From Candidatus Latescibacterota bacterium (GTDB lineage Bacteria > Krumholzibacteriota > Krumholzibacteriia > WVZY01), in contig CAWBQK010000007.1 in the NCBI GenBank assembly GCA_963791045.1, forward strand, positions 64,001 to 128,000: a stretch of DNA of 64,000 bases. Reading direction: 5' to 3'. Made by a program: the position numbers and the translations under genes. Positions within the stretch are counted from its first letter, which is position 1. Each line of letters starts with the position of its first letter. A model generated the notes under the pieces. The model did no database searches, was not told the origin of the DNA, and saw only the letters and a program-made list of their open reading frames with translations. Shown here piece by piece: positions 23,477 through 33,267 of the stretch.

Positions 23477-24381
23477 CAAGTGCTTCTAAAACAGTCAAAT
23501 ACGTCGCTCACGCTCGGGCCAAGGTTAACCTCGCCCTCGAGGTGATTTCCAAGCGGCGGGATGGCTTTCACGAGCTGGAGACGATTTTTCAGAGCGTCGA
23601 TCTCTTTGACGTGCTCGAGATCGAACTCAACCACACTGGGCGGATAGAGATTTCGTCGACGGACCCGGATATCCCAACTAACGAATCGAACCTGTGTTAC
23701 AGGGCTGTCGACCGGATGCGTGCCCATGCGGGGGCTGATCTCGGCGCGTCGATTCATATCGAAAAGCGGATCCCGCAGAGCGCGGGACTCGGAGGTGGTA
23801 GCAGCGACGCCGCCGCGGTAATTTTGGCGGTGAACCAGGGTCTGCGTCTGTTTTTGTCAAAACCCGAACTCGAAAATGCCGCCCTGGATCTGGGCAGCGA
23901 TGTGCCGTTTATGTTGTATGGTGGTACAATGTTCGGCCGCGGCCGGGGAGAAATCCTCACCCGGTTGACCCCTATTAAGAAGGGGTTTTTCCTTATAGTT
24001 AAGCCGACTGTGGATATCTCAACAGGCGACGTGTTCAAAAAGGTTAATTTTCAATTGACAAGACATCGCTATCGGTTTAATCTGAAAGCGGTTAACGCAC
24101 TTTTGGCGAGATTCCCGAATGTGGCTTTGTCCTTCAGGAATGCGCTCGAAGATGTTGTTTGTCCCTCGTATCCATTGGTATATGAGGTGCTCGAAGAGCT
24201 TCTGGCGTCGAACCCGTACTTCGCGGCAATGAGTGGAAGTGGTTCTGCTTTGTTCGCGATTTATGGGAGTGAAGAAAGAGCCTCGGAATTAGCAGAGCGG
24301 TATTCGCTCCAGGGGTTCTTCACCGCCGTTGCCGAGCCTAGTGCACAGGCCGTCGATCTCTATCTGGTGGGAGACCGCTGA
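23473..24381 (+). CDS. ispE: 4-diphosphocytidyl-2-C-methyl-D-erythritol kinase
   Basis: AKVNLAL, R.DGFHEL, IPQSAGLGGGSSDAA, LGSDVPF, MSGSGS. Confidence 0.96.
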   Translation: MTSASKTVKYVAHARAKVNLALEVISKRRDGFHELETIFQSVDLFDVLEIELNHTGRIEISSTDPDIPTNESNLCYRAVDRMRAHAGADLGASIHIEKRIPQSAGLGGGSSDAAAVILAVNQGLRLFLSKPELENAALDLGSDVPFMLYGGTMFGRGRGEILTRLTPIKKGFFLIVKPTVDISTGDVFKKVNFQLTRHRYRFNLKAVNALLARFPNVALSFRNALEDVVCPSYPLVYEVLEELLASNPYFAAMSGSGSALFAIYGSEERASELAERYSLQGFFTAVAEPSAQAVDLYLVGDR

Positions 24382-24411
24382 TCGCGGACTTTCAAACAGG
24401 GGGGGAACTGC

Positions 24412-24696
24412 ATGGACATCACCGAGGTCAGGATTTCGTTGCGGGATGATGCAAAGCTGAAAGCGTTCGCGAGCATTACCCTGGACGACTGCTTCGTGAT
24501 ACGAGGTCTCAAGATCATTCAGGGTCAGACCGGTACTTTCGTCGCGATGCCGAGCCGGAAAAGGAAGGATGGGGAGTACCAGGACATAGCTCATCCGATC
24601 AATAACAGTACTCGCAAGTGGATGGAAGACATCGTCCTGGCGAAGTACAAGGAGGAAACCGCCAAGCTGGGTTCCGAAAAACAGCTGGCGAAGTAA
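24412..24696 (+). CDS. spoVG: SpoVG family nucleic-acid-binding protein
   Basis: [37 protein letters not shown]. Confidence 0.95.
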   Translation: MDITEVRISLRDDAKLKAFASITLDDCFVIRGLKIIQGQTGTFVAMPSRKRKDGEYQDIAHPINNSTRKWMEDIVLAKYKEETAKLGSEKQLAK

Positions 24697-24767
24697 TCTA
24701 ACTACTGTTAAGACTTCTTCTCTTATTCTGAACCGGTAACCGGACGCGATCGATCCCCAGCGAATAT

Positions 24768-24841
24768 TGGGGCGTCGACAAGTGGCAAGTCACAGGGTTT
24801 TGGTCCCTGCATCGGAGGTTCGAATCCTCCCGCCCCAGCCA
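24768..24841 (+). tRNA. tRNA-Gln (anticodon TTG)
   Basis: TGGGGCG/CGCCCCA acceptor stem, CAGGG-TT-TTG-GT-CCCTG anticodon arm, GGTTCGAATCC T arm, encoded 3' CCA. Confidence 0.97.
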
Positions 24842-24872
24842 CTTACGGTTTTTTATGTTGATGAGGCGCTAT

Positions 24873-24901
24873 CCAGGCCGTAGCGGCCTGGGCATTTTTT
24901 T
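24873..24901 (+). terminator. Intrinsic terminator-like hairpin after tRNA-Gln
   Basis: CCAGGCCG-tag-CGGCCTGG followed by GCA and T7. Confidence 0.6.
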
Positions 24902-24913
24902 GGGAGATAGAGG

Positions 24914-25843
24914 ATGAATCGATTGAAACTCATCAGTGGCAACTCCAATAGAGGTTTGGCGGAAAAGATCGCCGAGTATCTCAATGTCTCGCTTTGTGAA
25001 GTCGAGCTAGAGAGATTCGGCGATGGAGAGATCCGCGCGCGAATTAATGAGAATATTCGCGGTGTCGATGTTTTTATCATCCAATCTACCGCTCCGCCTG
25101 CGGAAAACCTGATGGAACTGCTGATCCTCAATGATACCTGCTTTCGCGCATCAGCGGAGAGAATTACAAATGTAATTCCTTATTATGGTTACGCGCGCCA
25201 GGATCGTAAGGATCAGCCGAGAGTCCCGATTACATCCAAGCTTTGCTCCAAGCTTGTGGATGTGTCCGGGGCAAACCGCGTTCTGACCATGGATCTGCAC
25301 AGCGCGCAGATCCAGGGATTTTTCGAGGTTCAGGCCGACAACCTTTTTGCATCTCCAGTCCTACTTGATTACATTAAATCGAAGGAAATTCCAAATCTGA
25401 CGATCGTTTCGCCCGATGTCGGCAGCCTCAAGATGGGGCGCGCCTTTGCCAAGCGTCTCAACGCGGACCTGGCGATAGTCGACAAACGGCGCTCTGACAT
25501 CGACAAGACCGAGGTCATGAATATCATCGGTGATGTCAAAGGCCAGAACATCGTGATCCTCGACGACATGATCTCGTCGGCCAGTACTCTGCTCGAGGCC
25601 GCCGCGGAGATTGATCGCCGCGGCGCCGAGTCGATCATGGCCTGCGCAACGCACCCGGTTTTTTCGGGTAACGCCTGCCAGAACATTATGAAATCAGTTC
25701 TGAAGGAAGTCGTTGTGACTAATACGCTGCCTTTTGACAGCGGCCGTTGTCCAAAAGTAAAAGTGCTCGACGTGTCCGGAATTCTCGGCGAGGCGATTCA
25801 CCGGATCCATTCCAACGAATCAGTGAGCACGTTGTTTGTATGA
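24914..25843 (+). CDS. prs: Ribose-phosphate pyrophosphokinase
   Basis: FGDGEI, PYYGYARQDRK, DLHSAQIQGFF, VSPDVG, DKRR. Confidence 0.97.
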   Translation: MNRLKLISGNSNRGLAEKIAEYLNVSLCEVELERFGDGEIRARINENIRGVDVFIIQSTAPPAENLMELLILNDTCFRASAERITNVIPYYGYARQDRKDQPRVPITSKLCSKLVDVSGANRVLTMDLHSAQIQGFFEVQADNLFASPVLLDYIKSKEIPNLTIVSPDVGSLKMGRAFAKRLNADLAIVDKRRSDIDKTEVMNIIGDVKGQNIVILDDMISSASTLLEAAAEIDRRGAESIMACATHPVFSGNACQNIMKSVLKEVVVTNTLPFDSGRCPKVKVLDVSGILGEAIHRIHSNESVSTLFV

Positions 25844-25889
25844 TTCAACACGAACCTGCGTCTGCAAGAAAAAGAAAAGGTGAACTGAG

Positions 25890-26564
25890 ATGGAACAATT
25901 CAAACTCAAATCGATTTATCGCCAAACATCAGGGAAAGGTGTCGCACGGAAACTCCGTGCCGATGGCAAGATCCCCTCAGTGCTTTACGGACTCAAAGAG
26001 GAAGCAGTCAGTCTTTCGATAGACGAGCAGGAGTTCCGTCGCGTCCTGAGAACTTATGGTGAAACGGCTATCGTCGATCTTGATATCGAAGGACTCGCGG
26101 AAAAGGAATACAACGCCATCGTCAAGGATGTACAGGTTCACCCGGTCACAGGCAAGATCCTGCACGTGGATTTCCAGCAAATTCGCCGTGGAGAGAAGCT
26201 CAAGATCGAGGTGCCCGTATCTCTCGTCGGCGATCCGATCGGCGTCAAGGAAGCGGGCGGCGTGCTCGAGCACGGGCCGCGTTCGCTCAACATTCGCTGT
26301 TTGCCCCGCGACATACCCGATAAAATTGAGGTCAACGTTGAGGCGTTGGCGATTCACGACACACTGCACGTAAAGGACATTGTCTCCGATTACCCTGACT
26401 TTGAGTTCCTTGACGAACATGACACAACGCTCGCGATCGTCATTCCGCCGCGCGTCGAAGTTGTAGAGACGCCGGAAGAAGAAGAGGGCGAAGGCGAGGA
26501 GCCGGAAGTCATTTCAAAGGGCAAGGAAGAAGAGGAAAAGGATTCCGGAAGCGAACAGTCCTAG
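25890..26564 (+). CDS. rplY: 50S ribosomal protein L25 (Ctc type)
   Basis: GK..ARKLR, IPSVLYG, QVHPV, HVDF, acidic tail. Confidence 0.96.
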   Translation: MEQFKLKSIYRQTSGKGVARKLRADGKIPSVLYGLKEEAVSLSIDEQEFRRVLRTYGETAIVDLDIEGLAEKEYNAIVKDVQVHPVTGKILHVDFQQIRRGEKLKIEVPVSLVGDPIGVKEAGGVLEHGPRSLNIRCLPRDIPDKIEVNVEALAIHDTLHVKDIVSDYPDFEFLDEHDTTLAIVIPPRVEVVETPEEEEGEGEEPEVISKGKEEEEKDSGSEQS

Positions 26565-26597
26565 TCGCCTCTGTACCGGGCCGTCCGTCTGTCGACA

Positions 26598-27191
26598 ATG
26601 TGTTCAACCATTGTTTTTATTGGATTGGGAAATCCGGGGACCCCGTACGTGTCCACACGGCACAATCTTGGGTTCATGGTTCTCGATCGTCTGGCGAAAA
26701 AGCGCGGCCTGACCTGGACCCGCGGTTCGAGGACCTACAAGGTGACCGAATTCGATTCCGAGTCTGCCCGCGTGATTCTCGTCAAACCTCAGACATTCAT
26801 GAATCTGTCGGGGCGGGCGGCGGTCGCGGTTCACGGTCGTTACGAGAACACGCCCGACCGGCTCGTCGCGATTGTCGATGATATCGCGCTGCCCCTCGGC
26901 CAGCTTCGGCTGCGCCGCCGCGGATCGGACGGCGGGCACAACGGTTTGCGATCCATTGCTTCGGAGTTGGGTACCAGCGATTACCCCCGTCTCCGCCTGG
27001 GGGTTGGCCCCGTCCCGCCGGATGTCGATCCCGCGGATTTCGTTCTCGACCCCTTTGAAGACGAGGAGGCCGAAGCGGCGGGCGAGATGATCGCTCGGGC
27101 GGTTGAATGTTTGGAATCCGTTATACGCCAAGGGTTTGATCTGACCATGGGGCAATTCAACGCATCTCCGGAGAACGGCGAAACGGGTTGA
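26598..27191 (+). CDS. pth: Peptidyl-tRNA hydrolase
   Basis: GLGNPG, TRHNLGF, KPQTFMNLSG, GGHNGL. Confidence 0.97.
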   Translation: MCSTIVFIGLGNPGTPYVSTRHNLGFMVLDRLAKKRGLTWTRGSRTYKVTEFDSESARVILVKPQTFMNLSGRAAVAVHGRYENTPDRLVAIVDDIALPLGQLRLRRRGSDGGHNGLRSIASELGTSDYPRLRLGVGPVPPDVDPADFVLDPFEDEEAEAAGEMIARAVECLESVIRQGFDLTMGQFNASPENGETG

Positions 27192-27321
27192 CGCTGACCG
27201 CCCTATTTGATATATTGACACGGTGTTTTAGCCGTTGCGTCCCGAACCTGCTATTCATGGGGTGGGCGCCGAGGCGGACACAATGTATTGAATCAACAAA
27301 TCATTTCTTCACGACTTCTCT

Positions 27322-27372
27322 ACTTTCCGGCTCCATCCTTGGTTTACGGAAAGTCGCAGTCCACAGGGAGGT
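27322..27372 (+). promoter_or_regulatory. Candidate rpsF leader RNA (S6:S18 autoregulatory type)
   Basis: ACTTTCCG(27322-29)/CGGAAAGT(27347-54) stem; TCCTTGG can pair with CCACAGGGA overlapping the GGAGG SD of rpsF. Confidence 0.4.
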
Positions 27373-27380
27373 GTTACTCA

Positions 27381-27821
27381 TTGAAAGATTATGAGTGCGC
27401 AGTCATCTTTGCCCCGAACACCGGTGGCGAAGATCTCGAAACGGCCACCAAGAAGTATTCGGAAGTCATCACATCCCGTGGTGGCGAACTCACCGAACTC
27501 GACAACTGGGGCAAGCGGACCCTTGCTTACGAGATCAATTTTCATCGTGAGGGTTTCTATTATTTCTACCGGTTCAAGGGTGAGAACGAAATCATCAATG
27601 AACTGAATCGGCAGCTTCGAATCGATGAGCGTGTGATTCGTCACATGATCGTCAGGGATGAATTCAAGGATCGCCCCCAGTTCAAGTCAACTCGCGACCA
27701 CGCGGGCGCCGATACGCCACGGCAGGAAACCCCGCGAGTGGAAACACCAGGTCCGGAAACCACACCACCGGCGACACCGAATCCAGAAACAACGCGACCG
27801 GCGACAGGGGAGGGTGAATAG
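27381..27821 (+). CDS. rpsF: 30S ribosomal protein S6 with Pro/Thr-rich C-terminal extension
   Basis: [26 protein letters not shown] start after GGAGG. Confidence 0.95.
   Translation: MKDYECAVIFAPNTGGEDLETATKKYSEVITSRGGELTELDNWGKRTLAYEINFHREGFYYFYRFKGENEIINELNRQLRIDERVIRHMIVRDEFKDRPQFKSTRDHAGADTPRQETPRVETPGPETTPPATPNPETTRPATGEGE
27708..27812 (+). repeat. Imperfect 15-bp (5-aa) tandem repeat in the rpsF tail
   Basis: [45 protein letters not shown] cores recur every 15 nt. Confidence 0.75.
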
Positions 27822-27823
27822 TC

Positions 27824-28093
27824 TTGGCAAAAGCAAGAGCACAAGGAAAAGGAAAAGGGAAAAAAGAGAAAAACACGAAGTCGCGTAAGCCCTGCAAGTT
27901 TTGCAAAGAGGGAATCAACTACGTTGATTACAAAGACGAAAAACGACTGAGAAGATTCATGACCGATCGTGGAAAAATCACGCCGAGACGAATCACCGGC
28001 ACGTGTGCAAAGCACCAGCGGATACTTGCGGCCGCCGTCAAGCGGGCACGTGTTATCGCGTTGGTTCCGTTCGTCAGAGAATATTTCAGGTAA
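27824..28093 (+). CDS. rpsR: 30S ribosomal protein S18 (Zn-binding form)
   Basis: [26 protein letters not shown]. Confidence 0.97.
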   Translation: MAKARAQGKGKGKKEKNTKSRKPCKFCKEGINYVDYKDEKRLRRFMTDRGKITPRRITGTCAKHQRILAAAVKRARVIALVPFVREYFR

Positions 28094-28120
28094 AAGATCA
28101 CCGGTTCTAGGAGGGTCATT

Positions 28121-28564
28121 GTGGAAGTCATCTTGCTCAAATCCATGCCGCCACTTGGAGACCGCGGGGAAACGGTGAAGGTCAAGCCGGGCTATGCCCG
28201 GAATTTCCTGTTCCCGGGGAAAATGGCTGTATTGGCAAACGAGACCAATAAGCGTGTCTTTGCGGAAGAAGAGAAGGTTCTTCATCGGCGCGATATCGTT
28301 GATATGCGTTCCGCGAAAGAGAAATCAGCCAAGTTGTCGAATGTCTCTTGTACGATCACCGTGAAGGTCGGAGAAGACGACAAGCTCTACGGTTCAGTGT
28401 CCTCCGCGGACGTCGCGAAGGAACTGGCAAACCAGGGCTTTGAAGTCGACAAGAAGAAAATTCTGCTCGACGAGCCGATCAAGAAAGTCGGCGTCTACAC
28501 GATTGATGTCAAACTTCACCGTGAGGTGAGCGTGCCGATCAAGGTGTGGGTGGTCAAACAGTAA
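28121..28564 (+). CDS. rplI: 50S ribosomal protein L9
   Basis: VKVKPGYARNFLFP, KLYGSVS, LHREV. Confidence 0.97.
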   Translation: MEVILLKSMPPLGDRGETVKVKPGYARNFLFPGKMAVLANETNKRVFAEEEKVLHRRDIVDMRSAKEKSAKLSNVSCTITVKVGEDDKLYGSVSSADVAKELANQGFEVDKKKILLDEPIKKVGVYTIDVKLHREVSVPIKVWVVKQ

Positions 28565-28606
28565 TCGTCGTTAGGGTAGATAGTCGAAGCCTGAAAGGGG
28601 GCCGAG

Positions 28607-29680
28607 TTGCTTTCTGTCATAATGGCGGGGGGGGTCGGTCAGCGATTCTGGCCAAGCAGCCGGCGGCGGCATCCAAAACAGCTCATTGATTTGACCGGTA
28701 AGGGGAGCATGATTTCCCTTACCGTCGACAGGATGCGTGCGCTGTCCGCGCCGGAAGAGATATTTGTCATTACCAATTCGAGCCAGGTCGAAGCGATCGC
28801 GAATGACCTCGGAGACAGAATCCCCGCTGAAAACATCGTCGGAGAGCCCGTCGGCCGTAACACGGCCCCGAGCGTCGGGCTTGCCGCCGTCCTGGTCGAA
28901 AGCCGGTTCGGCGATACTCCGTTTATGGTGCTCCCGGCAGATCATCTAATCGGCGACGACGACATTTTTGCCCGCGCGGCACGCGCCGCGGAATCGTACG
29001 CCGCGGACAACGACGCGCTCGTAACCTTTGGCATGAACCCGTCCCGGCCGGAGACGGGGTATGGTTACATCCACGCCGGCGAACAACTCATTGAAAAAGA
29101 CGGAACTGCCCTGTTCAAGGCGATCTCGTTCCACGAAAAGCCCACTGTCGAGAAGGCCCACGAATTTCTTGAAGACGGCTCGTATTTCTGGAACAGCGGG
29201 ATGTTCTTCTGGCGGCCGAGCGTGATTCGCCGTGAAATAAAGACCCACCTGCCCGATCTGGACCGGATGCTCGCCGATCTGGGCAATCGATTGGGAACGG
29301 AAGATATCAACGATGTGTTAAATGACATATACGGGTCGGCTCCGTCTATTTCGATAGATTACGGAATCATGGAGAAGGCCGATAACGTCGCGGTTATTCG
29401 CGGCGACTTTTACTGGAACGATGTTGGAAGCTGGGAAAGCATTCGCGAGATCTTTCCCAAAGACACGGATGGTAATGTTCTCGTGGGAAATCATGTTGTC
29501 ATCGGAGGAGGGGAGAACACGGTGTTCGCCCCAAATCGCCTGGTTGCTCTGGTCGATGTCGACGACGTTGTGATTGTGGACAGCGGCGATGCGATACTCG
29601 TGTGCCGGCGTGATAGCGTCCAGAAAGTCCGGGATATTGTCAAGACACTCGAGAAAAACGGGAACGAAAGCCTTACCTAG
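28607..29680 (+). CDS. manC: Mannose-1-phosphate guanylyltransferase
   Basis: MAGGVGQRFWPSSR..PKQ, EPVGRNTAP, PADH, ETGYGYI, WNSGMF, WNDVGSW. Confidence 0.93.
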   Translation: MLSVIMAGGVGQRFWPSSRRRHPKQLIDLTGKGSMISLTVDRMRALSAPEEIFVITNSSQVEAIANDLGDRIPAENIVGEPVGRNTAPSVGLAAVLVESRFGDTPFMVLPADHLIGDDDIFARAARAAESYAADNDALVTFGMNPSRPETGYGYIHAGEQLIEKDGTALFKAISFHEKPTVEKAHEFLEDGSYFWNSGMFFWRPSVIRREIKTHLPDLDRMLADLGNRLGTEDINDVLNDIYGSAPSISIDYGIMEKADNVAVIRGDFYWNDVGSWESIREIFPKDTDGNVLVGNHVVIGGGENTVFAPNRLVALVDVDDVVIVDSGDAILVCRRDSVQKVRDIVKTLEKNGNESLT

Positions 29681-29700
29681 TGAACGATGGAGGTAATTCG

Positions 29701-30906
29701 ATGAAATCGAGGTTCGCGGTTGTGTGTTTGCTGGTTCTGTTCGGCGCGATGACGTTTGTAATCGGTTGCTCCAAGGAGCAGGCGGTGTCCGACGATGAAG
29801 TGGAAATGCTTGCGGCGAAAGTCGGCGATTGGACGCTTACACGTGCGGAGATAGATGAGTTGATTGAGACACTTCCCGATCATCAGAAACAAAAGTATGA
29901 CTCGCCCGAAGGGAGGGTGGAACTCGCCGATCGGTTCATCGAGGAAGAGGTCTATCACCAGGAATCGTTGAAAGCGGGTTACGATAAGGATGAAACGGTT
30001 CAGGAAATGGTCGAAAGATACAAGAGGTCGGTGATGGTCAGCGAGTTCTTTAACCGGGAAGTCAGGCCGCAGGCGAAGCCGACGGACCAGGAGATCCACG
30101 ACTTTTACGAATCGAACATGGATAAGTACACGACCCTCCCAATCGCGAAAGCCCAGCACGTATTCTCCGCGGACAGTTTGAAGCTGGTTGGATACCTGAA
30201 GCAGGTCGAAGACGGGGAGCCCCTGACGACGATCGCGCACAAATATTCGGAGGACGATTTGACCCGGCCCGACGGCGGAAATCTCGGTTACTTCAATCCA
30301 GGCGGATATATTCGAGGAATCGGTTACTCGCAGGAACTCAGCGACGCTGCGTTTTCGATGGAGAAGGGTGAGATACGGATCATCAAATGGAAGAATGGTT
30401 ATTCTCTTTTCCGGTTGAACGAGCTGAGACCCGCGGCGCTGCGTCCCTACGATGAAGTCGAGGGAGAGATCGCCGACCTGTTGACGAACCAGGTGCTTGA
30501 GGAAATCAAGGATGAAGCCTACAAGGAAATGAAGGCGAAGTACGAGATAAGTAACTATCTCGCAGACGATCTCAACGTGACGAAAAGGACGCCGGAGGAA
30601 CTGTGGAACCTCGCGCAGAACAGCACGGATTCTCATCAGCGTTTACGGTATTACCAGCAGATCGTTGATGAACACGCGGACAGCAAGTACGCGGCCGAGG
30701 CTCTCTTCATGATTGGCTTTGTTTACGCCGAAGAGATTAAGAGCGCGCCCGATGCGGACAGGGCGTTCACGCAGGTCATCAATGAGTATCCCGACAGCGA
30801 AGTTGCGAAGACGGCAAAATGGATGCTCGAGAATATGTCCGGGACCCTTCCGGATTTCGAAGGTCTGGACGACATAAAGGAACATATCGAAAGTCAATCC
30901 GAGTAA
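29701..30906 (+). CDS. Lipoprotein with PpiC/parvulin-like domain and C-terminal TPR
   Basis: Lipobox VIGC; SED...GGNLGYF; helical TPR-like C-terminus (AAEALFMIGFVY, YPDSEVA). Confidence 0.75.
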   Translation: MKSRFAVVCLLVLFGAMTFVIGCSKEQAVSDDEVEMLAAKVGDWTLTRAEIDELIETLPDHQKQKYDSPEGRVELADRFIEEEVYHQESLKAGYDKDETVQEMVERYKRSVMVSEFFNREVRPQAKPTDQEIHDFYESNMDKYTTLPIAKAQHVFSADSLKLVGYLKQVEDGEPLTTIAHKYSEDDLTRPDGGNLGYFNPGGYIRGIGYSQELSDAAFSMEKGEIRIIKWKNGYSLFRLNELRPAALRPYDEVEGEIADLLTNQVLEEIKDEAYKEMKAKYEISNYLADDLNVTKRTPEELWNLAQNSTDSHQRLRYYQQIVDEHADSKYAAEALFMIGFVYAEEIKSAPDADRAFTQVINEYPDSEVAKTAKWMLENMSGTLPDFEGLDDIKEHIESQSE

Positions 30907-30945
30907 CTTGATGCCCTCGGGTAGGATCGGTGGGGCGAGGTTCGG

Positions 30946-31440
30946 ATGAAGGACGAAGACAAAAACTATTTACGGGTCGAAGTAGGAGGTCTGGTGCGCG
31001 ACCACCGGGAAAACCCGGTGGTGCTCCTGAAGGGGATCGACAACGACGAGGTTCTGCCTATCTGGATTGGACAGGCGGAGGCCCTCGCGATCGACCTTCA
31101 ACTCAAGGGGGAAAGCTTCGACCGCCCGTTGACCCATGATCTTTTGAAAACCGCCGTCGAGAGTCTCGGAGCGTCAGTGCTTCGGGTAGCGGTTACCGAA
31201 TTGAGGGACAACACCTTTTTCGCCAAGATATTCATCCAGCGCGGAAACGAGGTTTTTGCCATCGATGCTCGTCCGAGCGATTCGATTGCACTTGCCATAA
31301 GGACCCAGTCCCCGATATATGTATCCAAGGCCGTGTTCGATGGCCACAAACATTCGATGGACGACAAAGATATTTCCGACGTCGATACGGATGAAGACTT
31401 GAGGAAGTACCTTCGGGATCTCGACCCCGGTGATTTTTAA
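30946..31440 (+). CDS. Bifunctional nuclease family (DUF151)
   Basis: LPIWIG..EA, RPLTHDL, DARPSDSIALA. Confidence 0.92.
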   Translation: MKDEDKNYLRVEVGGLVRDHRENPVVLLKGIDNDEVLPIWIGQAEALAIDLQLKGESFDRPLTHDLLKTAVESLGASVLRVAVTELRDNTFFAKIFIQRGNEVFAIDARPSDSIALAIRTQSPIYVSKAVFDGHKHSMDDKDISDVDTDEDLRKYLRDLDPGDF

Positions 31441-31458
31441 AACGTGGGTTATTAAAAT

Positions 31459-33258
31459 ATGAGCTACAACAAGCTACGTATGCTTTTTCCCGGCACGGCG
31501 TTTATCGTCGTGCTTTGTTTTTGTGTCTTCGGCGGATGCACGTCATCATCGCGGCCTACCGGCTCCAAGCCAAAGGTTTCGTCGGGCGACTCCGAGGTTC
31601 TTCTTGGAGAACTCAGCCGGAACTTCGAGTCGGGCCGATACGAGGCGGCCGACAGTCTCGCGCGGTCAATCGCAACGATGGACCCCGGGTTTGTTCGGGG
31701 CGATGAAGTTCTTTACTTGGGGGCCAGGTCGGCCGAGGCGCTTGATTCACCGACACAGACAGTAAAATATGCGAACGAACTTGCGGCAAAGTACCCACTG
31801 AGCCCGCGCCTGGATGACGCTCTGAAGCTCGCCGCGGACGCCTACCGGGATCTGGGCCAGTATTACGAAAGTGCGGAACTGCTTTCGAGGCTGCTGTCGT
31901 CTGCGATTGAGCCCGCCATGAGGGAGCGTTGCCTGGACGACCTGCGTTTGCTCTCAAGCGAGAGCCTTGGGGTGGCGGACCTGGAAAGACTCATCGATGC
32001 GTATCCATCGTCACCGCTTGCCGCCGAGATGTCGCTCGGACTCGCCAAAAAAGAATTTGCCCGTGGTGATTATGATCGCGCCTACGCGCTCCTCGCCGAT
32101 TTGCTCTACGAATTTCCACAGCACGCCCACTCACGCGAGATACGTTATCTTCTCCAGGTTGCGGCGGACCGGCGTGACGATCCCGACCGAACCGTCGATT
32201 TTGTCGAGCCCAACAAGCTTGGCGTGCTGCTCCCGTATACAGGCAATTTCTCGCGGTTCGGCAGGTATTTCGAGCAGGGTGTCAAGATGGCGATCGAGGA
32301 GTTTGCGGATTCTACGGAAACGGCAGTGACATACGTAATCGGTGACTCGAAAGCCGACCCCGTGGCCGCTGCGGGGGCGGTACGGAGGCTGGTCCTTGAA
32401 GAAGGAGTAGTCGGAGTGCTGGGGTCGGTGTTTACGATGCCGTCGATCGCGGCGGCGATCGAATGCAACGCCTGGAGAGTCCCGATGATTTCTCCGAGGG
32501 TTACCGACCGTAATTTGTCTGATTTGGGGTCCTGGATTTTTCAAACCCAGGTACCCGTCGAAGTGGAAGTATCGGCGATGGCCCGTCTCGCGGTGAACGA
32601 TCTCCTCCTTGAAAAGATCGCCATATTCGCGCCGTCGACACAGGAAGGCCGCTCGCTGGCCGATTCCTTTGCCGGTGAAGTCGAACGAAAAGGCGGGACA
32701 ATAGCGGTCGTCCAGTATTTCGGACTCGGAGACACCGACTTCCGCGAACAACTCGAGATAATCAGGCAAACGGCGCCGGATGCAATGTTCATCCCGGGCG
32801 CGCCGGATGAGCTGGTAAACATCCTCCCACAGGTAAGCTTTTACGATTTGCGAATACAACTGCTCGGGTTGAGCGAGTGGAATTCAGAGAAGCTCATGAG
32901 GCTATCGGGTCGCGAACTCGAAGGTGCGATCTTCCCGCGTGAAGGTTATTTTGGGAAAGACCCGGATGCCTATCAGCGGTTCGTCGCCAAGTATCTTGAG
33001 ACATACGCGGGGGCCGATCGCGCCGTGTCGGAAACCGGAGAGGTTCACGCCGTCGCCGTGGCGGGGTACTTTGGCGCGCGCTTCATGCTCGATGCGATCG
33101 CCCAGGGCGCGGTCGACAGGGAGCAAATACGGGATTTCCTCGACACGGAGCTCAACCCAAGCGCCATCACTCGGCTCTCCCAGGTGCGGAGCCTCCCGCT
33201 GGTCAGGGTGACCTCGGGACGGGTTCATGATTTCACTGTTTTTGAAAACAAAGAATAG
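31459..33258 (+). CDS. Lipoprotein, TPR + periplasmic-binding-protein type 1 domain (LpoA-like)
   Basis: Lipobox FGGC; TPR-like helices with YPxSP turns; LGVLLPYTG start of the PBP1 fold. Confidence 0.72.
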   Translation: MSYNKLRMLFPGTAFIVVLCFCVFGGCTSSSRPTGSKPKVSSGDSEVLLGELSRNFESGRYEAADSLARSIATMDPGFVRGDEVLYLGARSAEALDSPTQTVKYANELAAKYPLSPRLDDALKLAADAYRDLGQYYESAELLSRLLSSAIEPAMRERCLDDLRLLSSESLGVADLERLIDAYPSSPLAAEMSLGLAKKEFARGDYDRAYALLADLLYEFPQHAHSREIRYLLQVAADRRDDPDRTVDFVEPNKLGVLLPYTGNFSRFGRYFEQGVKMAIEEFADSTETAVTYVIGDSKADPVAAAGAVRRLVLEEGVVGVLGSVFTMPSIAAAIECNAWRVPMISPRVTDRNLSDLGSWIFQTQVPVEVEVSAMARLAVNDLLLEKIAIFAPSTQEGRSLADSFAGEVERKGGTIAVVQYFGLGDTDFREQLEIIRQTAPDAMFIPGAPDELVNILPQVSFYDLRIQLLGLSEWNSEKLMRLSGRELEGAIFPREGYFGKDPDAYQRFVAKYLETYAGADRAVSETGEVHAVAVAGYFGARFMLDAIAQGAVDREQIRDFLDTELNPSAITRLSQVRSLPLVRVTSGRVHDFTVFENKE

Positions 33259-33267
33259 CCGCCGGGG

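Noticed and set aside
24768-24914. tRNA-Gln as an island integration site
   Set aside because: Flanked by core genes; no duplicated tRNA 3' end or integrase seen.
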